A DNA stretch of 64,000 bases from Dimorphilus gyrociliatus. Its lineage: Eukaryota > Animalia > Annelida. Under the pieces are notes generated by a model. It ran no database searches and was not told where the DNA came from. It saw only the letters and a list, made by a program, of their open reading frames with translations. Positions within the stretch are counted from its first letter, which is position 1; each line of letters starts with the position of its first letter. Positions 22,833 to 35,890 of this stretch are shown here, one piece after another. The stretch lies in assembly GCA_904063045.1 (NCBI GenBank), contig CAJFCJ010000013.1, positions 540,156 through 604,155 on the forward strand, written 5' to 3'. A program made the position numbers and the translations under genes.

Positions 22833-25800
22833 CTTCAAACGTGTCCTTAATTCTTTGATAATACCTAGAATTTTTCAACTTTCAATAATTTTTATCAAAT
22901 ATAAGAACTCCAAAATAAACTAATAAAGAGACAAAGCAATAATACTCTAGTACAAATGTCATAATGTTTCTGTGGCTTAATCTATGAAATGCCTATGTAC
23001 TAATATAACCAAAAAATGAGTCTAGAGCATTTTAATTAAGATAAACATTACTTTTATATTCTTTTAAAAGTCGAAAAATGTACAAAAAAGTTGAAAATTT
23101 ATTTATATTGTGTTTTCAAATAAAATATGTCTTAAAAACTTACCAAATTATTCTAAATAAGCTCTTATTTTTGAAATTATTCTAGTAGTCGCGCTTCATT
23201 AACTCCCAAAAACGAAAAGAATTAAAGATGGCGATTATGAAACATACTCAACTTTGAATGTACTCTGTTACCACTGAATATTTTGTACTTGTCTATAATT
23301 TGCTTTTAAAATATAGGGTGAAAACTGGCGCTGTATGTCATACTTTCCATAACTTTTCATATAAAAAGTCCGCCATTTTTTTTTATATTTAAACTGAACC
23401 TTATGAACTTCCACCGGAAAAAAAGAAAGTATTCAGAATTAAAGAAGTGAAAGGAATGGAGGAATTGTGAAGGTCTCGAAATACTTAATCATTATTAGGA
23501 AATAAAATTAACGGTATGACTTTTAAAACATTTTAAAGCATTTGAAAAAGTTAATGTTCTAACATTCCATAAGAATGTTATTTAATTTAATTAAATTCGT
23601 AGGAGTATAATAATGGCTCTTTTTTAAGAAATTCCCAAAGCCCATGTATTTATTAAAAGATCTGTGGTCAGTTATTTATAATATTATGTGATAAATTGAT
23701 AGATCGGCAAGAATTTTTATCGTATTTAAAAAAATTCGACAAAAAAAGAGTTCGTTCTAAACATACAGATAGTTTCCAGACGATTATTGTAGATATTAAA
23801 ATTTTATGACAAGTCACATTAGTGATTCGACTGGTCTTGTATGTTTTATTTTTGTTTTGGAAACCAAAAAATTATCAAATAGTGTCGTGGTCGTAGGAAA
23901 TTAACCATATATGTTGGTTTTCAAATAGCAATGAGAAATTGAATTAGAAATATAATAAATGATTAAGTAAATTAGACCTCAATAACTTTTAAACCGATTA
24001 AAGATTCTACTAAAAGAACCAGAATATTATTTAATTCGTTCTTTGGCTATAGATCTAAATATTCCCGCTAAAAAAAATGCCAGACTTTGGAAACATTTCA
24101 ACTCGAGATTATTTAAAATTTTAATAAAACAAATTCAATACAAAGAGCGAAGATTCTTTAAAAAATGTTTCAAAAAATGTTTAGCGCCTTTACTTAGCTG
24201 AAACTTTGTTGATAAGAGAACATTTGGCCTAAGAAACGCTTAACATTTATTTTTATGAATGCTTACGATCTGTTCAAGATCTCTTGAAAATTCTTATTTG
24301 ATCTGCTTATCGAATTGTTTTTAAAAACAGATATAATAGTGTGCTATCAAAGCATTTTTAATCAGAAGATGGCGCTCAGATATTAAATAATAGCGTTTAA
24401 AAATTCAGTAAAGTTTATTGTATCAGATAAAATTAACAAAGTGAGTACAACAGACGACAATACTTGTACAACTCTTTTTTTATAGTTTTCCCAATGTTCC
24501 TAAAAGTTTACTTTTCCAGAATTTGTAGGTATTTAAATTTTTTTAACTTGATTTGTTGGAAGAAATATTTGATTTAAACAGCTATCATCTCTAAGGATTG
24601 TTGCGTTCACTAATAGTCAGTCTGTACCAGAAGTCTGTAAACAACAATGCCAGATCGCACAATAGCCAGTTTGACATCTTTGGTAAAGAAAGAATAAGGA
24701 AGTACATCTATTTGATCCACATCAAGGACTCGGTTCAGATTACTGTTCCCTGTTCCAACATTTCTGGTATCGCTAAGTCAATCTGTACTCTTCACGTTTT
24801 CTCAGTCGTGTCAGATTTTGCAGGAAGTCAGTCATCCTTTCTTGGAGTCGCAAAATTTGAAAGGAAAATTGAACGAAACTGTTCTGTAAAGATTCGGCGG
24901 GTGACCCCTTATGTCGTCAAGTTGTAGTCTGCAGAAACCAAATTGTTTGCAAACCAAATGCACATTTGAAAATGATCATTAAAAGTTCGGCAATATGAAG
25001 AACTTGGTGATCAAAAATCAATTATCAGTATTGCAATAAACTTATTTGTTGGAATTAGTCTTCGAAATACATCAATCGAATAATTTCTCACCAAAATATC
25101 TTAATTAATAGACAGAACTTTGCAATTTTTTCGGTCACTAGTGAACGCCTCTAGTCATCCTGCACTCATAAAGCATTCGAAACCGATGACCCGAATTGCA
25201 AAAACCAGTTTTATCGTTTCAGATAATGAACTGATGTCTGTTATTGCCCTAGATCTTGCTAATAAACTTAATGAATTTTTTCATTTAAGAACTGAGCCTC
25301 CATCATCTGTTCGAGTAATGGAAGATTACCTGAAATTTGTAGAAATAAAAGATTAGTCAGTTGAATTTCTCTACAATTTAAACAATATACATTTTCGCAT
25401 CAATTACTTAAGGATTGGGCGGAGAATACTAAAGTTTTTACTGCTAAATAATAAGCTATGTCTATCACTGTATTCATGTTGTTTAATCTTTTAAAAATTT
25501 AACTAGTCATTTCTTCATTTAAAAAGTTGGGATTGTAATATATTATAATTTTATACTTCTAAATAAGTAATTTCCTCAAAAGGACTGTTTACAGACCTAT
25601 GCACAATATCACGTGGAAACGTAAATTCTAGTACCTTAAGTACTAACTAATTAGTTACTTTCACTTTTGCTATATCTATATAATATGTATCTTTTAAAGA
25701 AGATATATCTTACATTTCTTGAAGTTCCAGTGTAGATGGCGAGGCTAGGCACTGCCACGTGTCTTCTGGAATTGCGACTTCTCGCCCTATTAAAAGTTAG

Positions 25801-26663
25801 AATTAGTAATATAATATACTAAGCTTAAATAGTAACTGTGTTTCTTACCTTTACAATGTCCCTTGAGGGTAAAAATCTTTTAGAGAAAAGAAGTGACCCT
25901 CTCGGGGCACGGTCCAGGTGAAAAGTGACACGAGGTGTTCGGACACTGAGCATGCGTTGTTAGTCAAAATCTCGTTTTCAGTTGCCGCCAAAATTTTTAT
26001 TCGACTAATTAATATAAAAGTTGAGCAGTTGTTACTTCTTTCTCTTTCGATATCGAAACGTGAACGCGTATTATCGGCCGAACGAAAGTAGTTCCGACTT
26101 AGTGAAATTATTATACTTTTTTCTCCAATTTGCAAATTAAAAACGGTATTTATGATAGTTTATTAAGACTAAATTTTATACTATTACTTAAACTATTACT
26201 TTAAACTGTTTCAATCTAAAAAAAATCAAGTTAAATATCAAAATTTTTACTTAATTTTTAAAACTTTTTTGGAACATGAAAATTCCCAAATCTTCACATG
26301 GATTTTAATTAGTTGCACTTATTAATAGGTTAATGAAATTAGATAAATATTACTTAAATATTGCACTTTAATTTTACTTTCAAGGAGTGTTAAAAAAGTT
26401 TTAAACACGCGAATATTTTCCATGCCGCTTGTTCAGTGAAGTATTTGTGCTTTGATGGAGAATTTTATTGGCTCGTAAGCAAGCCTTATTAAAACTTTTA
26501 TTCTTATGTTGTTTAATATGAATATTGTTATTTTTTTAAATACTTCAATCGGGTAAAGTTACTAATTGTAATGTATTTATTAAAATGTTCTAGGAACTAT
26601 ATTCTTCGTATTCTTGTAAACAATTTTTAACGAATTATTTGTTTTCAGCTTAATTAAAAAGTA

Positions 26664-28034
26664 ATGGCTGCAAAATTGCTGACTCGAGTATGCGGTATCT
26701 GTCATGATACTTTGTTATATGATACATCTGTCACTTTAACGTGTGGTTTATCCCACTTGTTTTGTCGTAATTGCGTCGACTGCCTCTTGGTTTCCTTCCC
26801 ACCCGAACAAGCTATGGATTTCGCTTGCCCACTTTGTGAAGGAGAAGTGAACTGGCCTTCAGGTGGAATTGACGATTTTCCGAGAGTCTCCTTATTACAA
26901 GATGCTGGGTACTTGAAACACCAACTTGAAATAGAGCATGCAAACTTAAAAAGAGAGCTTAGCTGGAAACTAGAGACCATTGACAAGCGAAAGTCCGATC
27001 CTAGAATAAATATCCTGAAACAGAAAGTTAAATTTGGCTACGAAAAACATCTGGGCCTATTGTTGAAATCTGCTATAGCAATAAATAAGTTAGAAACTAG
27101 AATTATACCTCTTAGGAGACAAGAAATAAACGAACATGTTTATAATTATATTGGTAATAATTTGAAAACTATTTACGAATGGAAAAATTCCCCAGAAATG
27201 TATGACTTTGAAGTATGTGAGGGACTATCATCGACTGTTCTCAGGCCTCAGCGCAAATATTTTTATCAATTTTCAGCTCCTATAAAAAGTATTCACATGC
27301 AAAATGATCGATGCTATCTATTGACTGTAGATAGCGATGAAACTGGTTCTATTTATCAAGTAAACTACGAAAAGGATTCTAAACCTCGCTTGATAGCAGT
27401 GAAACAAGAAGTGGTCTGTATGGACGTTTGCAATGAAAGAAATGAATTTATTGTACTATTACATCGCTGGGAAAATCGAGCTTTCAGAGTAAGAATAGAA
27501 AAATTTGACCAATTTCATGGATCTTTTTCGAAATTTAATCATCACAATTTGAAATGCCTTCTTAATACTAGAATATTTAGCGTTGATGATACTTACGTAT
27601 TGATCAATAACAATTCAGTTTTGAAGAAAGAATCAACCTCCAATCGCTTAAAACATGTTTTTAAAAAGATTGACGGAACCTTTTCGCGATTTATCAACAA
27701 TACTGCATATTTTATTGGAACAAACCGACGCGTGACAATCACGGATACTGAAGACAGAAGATATTACAACATGATTGTTCCTATAAATACGGAATATACC
27801 TCATTCAAATCTGAAATTATCGACAGGCTGACAAAAGGTCATATTTTGCTGTCAGATACTCGGTACATATATTTATTACAACCTCAAACAAAGAAAGGTT
27901 TCGCTTTTGCTTCTGAACCGCTCTTTGGTGTATCTGGTATAGTTGATTACGTTATGACAAAAAAACAAGTGATATTTTCTGTTCACGTGACAGAAAAAGT
28001 AGAAAGAGTCTTTCTACTGCATTTTGATCTCTAA
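26664..28034 (+). CDS. Intronless RING-HC + coiled-coil + beta-rich C-terminal domain protein (456 aa), paralogue of 21453-22832
   Basis: CGIC...CGLSHLFCRNC...CPLCEGEVNWPSGGIDDFP; colinear with the 459-aa protein to the last residue. Confidence 0.85.
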   Translation: MAAKLLTRVCGICHDTLLYDTSVTLTCGLSHLFCRNCVDCLLVSFPPEQAMDFACPLCEGEVNWPSGGIDDFPRVSLLQDAGYLKHQLEIEHANLKRELSWKLETIDKRKSDPRINILKQKVKFGYEKHLGLLLKSAIAINKLETRIIPLRRQEINEHVYNYIGNNLKTIYEWKNSPEMYDFEVCEGLSSTVLRPQRKYFYQFSAPIKSIHMQNDRCYLLTVDSDETGSIYQVNYEKDSKPRLIAVKQEVVCMDVCNERNEFIVLLHRWENRAFRVRIEKFDQFHGSFSKFNHHNLKCLLNTRIFSVDDTYVLINNNSVLKKESTSNRLKHVFKKIDGTFSRFINNTAYFIGTNRRVTITDTEDRRYYNMIVPINTEYTSFKSEIIDRLTKGHILLSDTRYIYLLQPQTKKGFAFASEPLFGVSGIVDYVMTKKQVIFSVHVTEKVERVFLLHFDL

Positions 28035-29838
28035 AAATATGAGCATATATTTCGACTTTCAACAAAATTTATTCTTACATTTTCGATTATCATTTTTTCA
28101 TTGAATAGATACAATACTCCTTAAATAGTTGGAATTTCAATGTTAAGTTGAACAAATTCCTGAAATATACATATTATTGAAGGTCAAAATTCTTTCATAG
28201 GTATATAAATTTATATAATGCATATAATAGGTAGATATATTTAAAAACATAGCCTTCATTCTATATATTCTCATATCATTTGAAAAAAAAGTGAAATGCA
28301 TTGACTAATTTTATGGAGACATTTCACATTAGAATGAAAATTAATTAATTAAAAATTACTAACAACTATGAATAGCGTAATGTTTACATTTTGAATTCTA
28401 ACCTTAGCTAATATTGTTCGTTTATAAAGCTTCACAAACAGATAGCAGAATAGAGACTAGTGAGTCCAAACGTCGAAGTTTTTTTAATAGACTTCTTTTT
28501 TAAATTGTAAATGTCTTTTATAGTAACTTTGATTTTTGGATAGATTTTTACAGCTAAGAATACTAACTTACTTATATATTGTGTCTGCAAAGTCCTTACA
28601 ACATGTACGACTTTATTGGTAACTCTTAAATAAACTGGAACTATTTTTTACAGAAATTACAAACTTTTTAATAGTAATATAAGTTTTGGAAGAATGATTA
28701 TATGATAGATAGGAATTGTCACTATCGAGAATATAATTATTGCCCTTAATGAAAATTGTCTTTGGGCATAGAAGCGGCCATGTCCAAATCGAACATAAAA
28801 GTTAGCTAATTAAAATCTGTGTGAAAATAATTTCTTGAATGTATCGATGAGAAAGAACGATGACAGTAGAAACTTACTAAACTTTAGGAGAATGAGCTAA
28901 AAATATTTTAAAACTAAAGGTAAAGAGAGGATATTGAACTCATAATAGGAAATTGTTAAATACCCAAATAGAGGTGAAAAAAAATGCTAAGAAGTATTAA
29001 TTTAACTTTGACTGATCGGTTAGCGTCACTAACCATAGTGACGAAATAAAATCGACAATCATAATCTATTCTATCTAGCGTAGAAACTAAACATTAACGA
29101 CGATGATATACCGTATAAGGTATAGAGATTTGAAGTCAATCAAGTCGTATCAATATGTGATATAACACACAGAATATATTATGAAAAATAACGTAACGCA
29201 GTATATATAAAGCTAAAACGATCTACACTAATAAATAATATATTAATATTAATAACTTCTACGTGAAGAGTAAAGTTATATTGGCGCTACAAGTCACTTA
29301 CCTTTCATACGAAATTCTTATTTATCCGATATGTTAAAATACCTAAGAGTTTTTCTAATTAACTTAAGACTGATTGAACTAATCGGATTATGATATAAAT
29401 TGTAATCATAAATATATATCTTATTATATATACACAGCAGATGATATATACAATATATATATACTATGTATATAAGCCTAACATCCAATAAAATTTGTTT
29501 ATTTAATGAATGAAATAAAATTAAAGATGATAATGTTAATAAGCAGAATGAAATGAGTTAATTTGTTATAAAAATAATAAAGTTCGTATAGTAAAAATGA
29601 TAAATAAATGTAGTTGCCATAAATAAAAACTAATTTACGAAAGATAGTTTTTAAACTAATCAATTAAATCTTAATTATATTTTTGTTTAAAACTTGAGGA
29701 TTTATCTATAATCATATTAGTCTATTCATTTAATTAACCCTTTTTTAAATCATCTCTGGGATTAATGAGCATCATTATATAAAGGCCACCTAACTCATAC
29801 AAGACGCTTTTCATAATCAGTCGATTGTTCGAAGCACA

Positions 29839-30910
29839 ATGACTGAAAGAGCTGAAAAAGACTACACAATTGAAGTTCCTGCGAATGCTTGTATTAACTG
29901 TGAATTTTATGTCAACGTTTCAAGGGCAAAGGAGTTCAAGTGTGGTGCCAAACATATTCTTTGTTCCAGTTGCTACGAAGGTTATCTCAGCTTTTGTCGA
30001 AAGCGCGGAGAAAGGATTGACGAAGAGTGCCCTCGTTGCGAAGGTAGAGCGATTGATTTGAGAGAACATATTAGGATGGAGAAATGTAAGTATGCGTTAA
30101 TATGTGCCCACGTTAGGGCTTTATTTTACCAAAAAAATTTTAGGCAAGGGTATGAGGCAAATCAAACTCCTTGATAATGAATATTACGTTCTATTTCGTA
30201 ATGAAGATGGAAGGGACGACATTTATAAGCAAGAATACGGAGATGATGGTTCACGAAATTTGATATTTTCGGATAGCGGTATCACTTGCTTTGATTTGGT
30301 TTGCAACAATAAGGTTTTGGTTTATTCAAAGTATGAGAAGGGAACTGGGCTTCGTCTACAGGGTAAATTATTGGACCCGAGCGATAGAAAAGCTAGAAAA
30401 AAAGCAAAGATTAACATTCACTTTGTCCGAGGAAGCCCAGATATGAGATTTTTTCGTTGGGAGAAGAGATACATTCTAGTGGAGGAGGGACAGCTATTTA
30501 GACTTCGTAAAAATTTGGACATCAAGTATCAAACAAGATGCAACATGGAGCCGATTTCTTCAAAACTCGTCGATCATGTTCTTTACTATTTCACCCCGAA
30601 AGAGATTTGTCCTAAAACGTTCAACTTTATTTCTGGATTTTTCAAGGTGCCAACTTACTTCCCCGAGGTGAAGCACAAGAATTTGCGCGAAAGCGTCATT
30701 GATCCATTACGAAAGGGAGGAGTCTTAGTTTCCAGCGAGACGATGACTTACATAGCTGATTTACAAAACAACAAAAGCTATGGCTACCCAACTGAGGAAC
30801 TTTTCCACGTCAGTGGAAGGGTTGACTATCATATCAAGGACACGGAGATCATTTTCAGCATTTATAACTTAGCCCAGAAGAGGATCATCATCAAGCGCTA
30901 TGACTTGTAA
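29839..30910 (+). CDS. Two-exon RING + beta-rich domain protein (337 aa), third paralogue, lacking the coiled-coil
   Basis: Exons 29839-30085 and 30144-30910 joined by a 58-bp GTAAGT...TTTAG intron in phase 1. RING CINC...CGAKHILCSSC...CPRC; the C-terminus VIDPLRKGGVLVS...SGRVDY...RYDL aligns with both paralogues. Confidence 0.78.
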
Positions 30911-31729
30911 GGGATCATAGTCGAAAGAAATTTTTATAATCTTTTCTGTCTCTTTGTGCGCTCCCCCCTCCTTCGCCTCTTCTTTATCAATAATTTTACC
31001 CTATTGTACTCTTGTTGTCTTATAAAAACAACTCATCTTCGCAATGTTCATGGATTATAAAATACAATGAAATTCTCATTCAAAGAATCGAATGTTGTCA
31101 TTAAAATGTAAAAACTCCAAATATGTTAATGTACAATATAATATTTATGAAGGTATTCGTCTAATAAAGAAAAGATAATTAATTAATCTTTATCCTGTTT
31201 TTAGGAATGCTATTAATGATACAACTGAGAGAAAAAAAGGTCAATCAACTGGCACCCTACATGCTTTTTCTATTCGTGTTGTCTTTCCAATTCAGGTAAA
31301 TTTAAAAATCTACGTTTCAGATAAAAAAGAACTTGACGAATTTAAAAAACAATAATTGTTGCTTTAGATCAAAAAGTTAAAAAAAAATTAAAGAGATTTC
31401 ATGATAAGATGATGATAAAGACTATTATAATTAATTAAGACAGGTGCAAATTGCCTTTTGAAATAATATCATAGTATAATTAAAGGGTTTTTTTTCTTCA
31501 ATGAATATTTATAAAATTGGCAACAAAAAAAAAAGAGAAGGTGAATAAAAAAAAAAAAAGAAGTATATTAATTTTGGTTGATTTTATAAAAAAAAGGAGA
31601 CTTTTCAGTTTCGGGGAACTAATTAAGAGGTAAACTAATCCAATCTTCATTAAAATTTATTAATATCATACTTATTTTAAGTTGTTTGTCTGACGTTAAC
31701 GAATCGATTGTCTGTCCTTATTGTTTTCA

Positions 31730-32801
31730 TTATATACTAGCGGCGTATATATCGCAGACCGAAACAGTATCTAATAAATTTGTTGTGCTAATTCCATCAT
31801 ATAACCATTTAAGATAGATTAATTTACAAAATGAAGTTTGGCAATCGCAATTATACAAACAATTGCCATTAGTTTCAATAAGATTACATCTTTTAAAGTC
31901 ACCACTCCATATATCTTTATCATTAAAATATTGATTGTATCCTCGCACGTAGACAACCAGATAGGGATCTGTATTTGAGTTTGAACATTGAAAATTTGTT
32001 CCGGTAACCTTTACTTCAGCTTTGGTTGTTGTCGGGTTGAAAATTTCATATAAAAACTTTTGACTTCGCCTATTAGCTAAAGTGCTACATGTGGAATATC
32101 TTTGCGGTTCTGTTAATCCACCATATTTGCAAACGTTATCAACAAGATAATGAGAATTGAACCCGAATGAATCTCCTTCTTCGAAAATCACTGTAAAATT
32201 TCTCGGATTATAATTTGATAGAAAATGATGTATAATATTACAGGGAAGTTTGGAAACTGCAACGGTTAAATCGTTAAAGTTGATGTCAAATAAAGACATA
32301 TCAGCATTTGGTCCAATAGTATATTTAGTCTGCGAATTTTTACATGTTTCGTTCTGCTGTTCACTGTAGATAGTCCACGAATAGCGACCTAAAAAAACAA
32401 AATAGAATTCTTTGTAACATATTGAAAATCCTAAAGAGAACTATTGGTTTTATATCCTTACCATGGACTTTTATGTGTGATGCCCCACGACTTACATCTT
32501 TATAAAATTGCGTTGAAGTTATATAGTCAGACTGGGCAGAGTGCCAGTATAAAAAAACTTCTCCTGTTTTTCATTGCTTAGATAAAAAAATGGTACATTT
32601 ATTAAAAAGCAAAAATTATTTACCTCCAGGAAGGAAACATTCAATACTAGCAGATTCCGAATAACAGCAGCCAAGATTTTCACAATTTATACTATTAATA
32701 TTTGAATAGCCACATTCAATTCTCTCTGCTTCGGGATGATTGCAGACCAGACCATAGATTGTACATAGAATGTTTGTTAAGGTTAAGAAGTGATAGTACA
32801 T
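31730..32801 (-). CDS. Secreted trefoil (P-type) domain protein with Cys-rich C-terminal domain, 3 exons, 312 aa
   Basis: Exons 32801-32624, 32563-32462, 32388-31730 with phase-1 introns of 60 and 73 bp. Hydrophobic N-terminus, then CNHPEAERIECGYSNINSINCENLGCCYSESASIECF (trefoil Cys pattern). The C-terminus contains CNL...CLYNCDC...C...CDI. Confidence 0.75.
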
Positions 32802-33353
32802 GATGATTCTTCATTCGCAAATGTCCCGTGCTAATAAGTTTTATTACTGTCTAATCTATTATTAATAGATATCTTTGAAGAAATTTTTATATATTCAATA
32901 AAAAGTCTATATACAACGCATTTTACATTATTTAGATATTCAGTAAGGAAAACAATCGAAACTTTTAATTCTGGATCTATCTCAAAGAGTTTAATCTTAT
33001 TCATTTCAAGCAAAATTCATTCATTAAATATTATTATGATAAATTATAATTAATCATACTTTTTCCGGTCAGCCATTATTATTGTCAATTATCAACTTGA
33101 GTTACAGGGTTAAAAGAGCGATAAAAGATGAAAAAGACTATTTGAAACTACTCAAAAAAGGCGTGTTTAGTATAACAAAGGTAAACGTGTTTTTAGAATT
33201 ATGATAATTTTTGTAATAATTATGTTTATTTTTTTAAATAATTATATTAATTTATTAATAAGATTTTTATTTTTATATTTTTAACCAATGAAAGAAACTT
33301 TTAATTTACAAGCAATTCCTTAGGCCAATTAGAATCTTTCTTTTATTATTCCA

Positions 33354-33952
33354 ATGGAAGATTGTATGAGCATTGGCGGCATCACCATTTGTAAAAATTG
33401 AAGTTTACAATTTTTTATTTATTCATTCAAATAGGTTTATGTCAAGCAAAATTGTCTTTAGGGAAAAGGATGGTAAAATGTGACGTGTTTGACTGGGAGT
33501 TCCCCATCCAAAGCGAAGCTCTTTTCAAGTATATTGAAGATAATTTGAGCGAAGATACTCGACTACGAAAAGAAATGGTAAGAAATTTGTGTATAGAGCG
33601 AATAGCTAAAATTACTTTGAAAAATGTACTTTAGGAAGAGAAACTAAAGGGAATTGAAGGTTCACAAGGATGCGACGTAATGCTGAAATGCATGAAAGCC
33701 ATTTTTGGTGAAGCCTTGCGCTTTTTCATTGTTCCTGCCCGGACCCACGCCGAAAAAAGCCTTAAAGTAGCAGACGACGGACTTCTTATACTGCAAAGCC
33801 AGTATTTGTATAAGCTATTCTGCTGTAAGCTATTAATATCTAGTTTTTATTATGAGAATATTATGATAAAAATTTTTATATTTCAATTTCACAGCTTTGG
33901 TAGTGGAGAATCAATCGCTAAAAACTTATATTCCTTGCCTGGAAACTCGTAA
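33354..33952 (+). CDS. Predicted 4-exon small protein (134 aa) with a degenerate PHD-like N-terminus
   Basis: Exons 33354-33390, 33435-33577, 33635-33801, 33895-33952 splice in frame; contains CLCQAKLSLGKRMVKCDVFDWEFP. Confidence 0.45.
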
Positions 33953-35813
33953 AAAGTACGTTGATATGACCTGCGATTTTTGGTTTTTTATGTACTAGAA
34001 TTATATGATTAGGACAGAAAATGTTACTTGATTAAAAAACATAGCATTTATTATTTGACGTTCATAATCAAGTTTTAGTCATAATTTAACAAACAATTCG
34101 ATTTTAACTTGAAAGTAAATAACTGCAGTTGTTTTATATTATCTATACAAAAGGAGAGAAGGAGGAATACAGACTCTAGGTTAATTAAGAAACATGAGCT
34201 GCTTAATGAGGGAAACATAAAATTAAAATCTACAAGAATAGAGAAATGAGTCAACCTATAGTTACTATGTGATTCTCTTTCTTTAATGTGTTCAATAATT
34301 CAAGTCTATTCTTCTTTCTTGCTACAAGGTTGGAGTATAGAAATGGACTTTATAGTTATAAGAATAGAAATATTAGTAGCCTTGTCAATGCTGGAAATTT
34401 ATAATCCTTTCATTCTGCAATCAATCTCACCTCAGTTCCCTATAATCCTTTAGCGCTCTTTTATAAGGATATTTACTCCGGCTGTTGCAAATTTACCCAC
34501 TGCAAAAGTTAGAAGGGTGAACTTTAATGAGATTGTATTCAAGAAAATATGAATTTTTTGTATTGATGTATTAATAATAAATAGGAGTAAAAGGGAAATG
34601 ACTAAAATATCTTCAAAGGAGCAACAACATGAAAATTTAACAACAGAGCAAGAGAAATCTTTCCTATAGGTGGCATTCCATTCAATCATTGATATTGGTG
34701 AACAAGAGAGAGAGAGAGAGTGAAAGCATCGGTGGACTTTTCATATTATACTTTGAGGCAGATAGTTGTGAACAGAGAATATATGAATTTAGTACACTTT
34801 TTACAATGTACTGCCACCTAAAACTAACAAGTGCATACAGATTTGGTCAAAGCTACTTTTCTTTTCGTATATAGTGTGTTTGTAAGCCTTACTCTCTATT
34901 CATTATACATTAAAAATATCTTGAATGCCACTCCTTCGGAGAGATCTTCTTATACTTTTACCTACAAATACTTTTATCTTTTCGGTGATTCTTTGTTCCA
35001 TTTCATATATAATTATTCTTATCTTAGTTTATGATTAATAATTGCAGTTCTTTTTTATCTTTTAACAGTCTTTTGTTTATGTGTTCTATCATAAAATGTT
35101 CTGCAAATAGCAAATCACTCATATTTAGTTACATCCGCTTGAGAAATGCCTAACTGATTTTAACTATTACTACTGTATCTAGCAGTAAAAACACACACTG
35201 AAAATCTTAATGATTAATCCTGTTTCAACAGGCAATTGCATATTATCACGTGTTCGCATCACCAATTGATTATCATAACAACATATCACTTTCGAATTAG
35301 TTAATGTAATAGAACTATTTATCACAGACTATTTTTTCTTTAATAATGACTTTGCATATTCTTTTTTGACACTTTAAAAAATCGATTTTACAATATATTT
35401 CCTATCCTTTCCCTCAACAGTCCTTATGAGGACATTGACGCATGTGATAAATTATACTCATTACAATCTTCTTATGGACAATACTCTCTTCGATTCGAGA
35501 TTATGTAATATTATTGATTTTAAACAAAGGCATCTTATACTCTCCTCTACCGTACATTCACAACTCAGAGTTGTAGTGATATTCTGTTAATTAAGATATA
35601 CTGGCTCACCAAAGTCTCTTATACAAACAAACAATCAAAGTCATTTCGGTGCATTTTTCAATGCCTATTATGGAATCTCAAAACCAAGCAACAGTCCAAG
35701 TAATTAGTTCAAAGGTATAGCAAGAAAAAAATAATGTGGAGGATAGAGGATTAGAAAGGACAAAACAAAAACAAGAAGAGGACAGAAGAAGAAGAAGAAG
35801 AAACAATGTAAAA

Positions 35814-35835
35814 GAATACGGCACCCAGTGTTCCC
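35814..35835 (-). pseudogene. 5S rRNA 3'-end fragment
   Basis: GAATACGGCACCCAGTGTTCCC (22 nt exact), with an A-rich terminator side; the rest of the gene is replaced by unrelated sequence next to a Tc1 relic. Confidence 0.85.
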
Positions 35836-35890
35836 TGGGTTTATAATCATCACATCAATGGTGACCAAGTTCCAATTATTTTTTGTATCG

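Noticed and set aside
34250-35330. Fragments vaguely like LRR or GPCR coding sequence
   Set aside because: Multiple stops in all frames and no motif I could identify with confidence.
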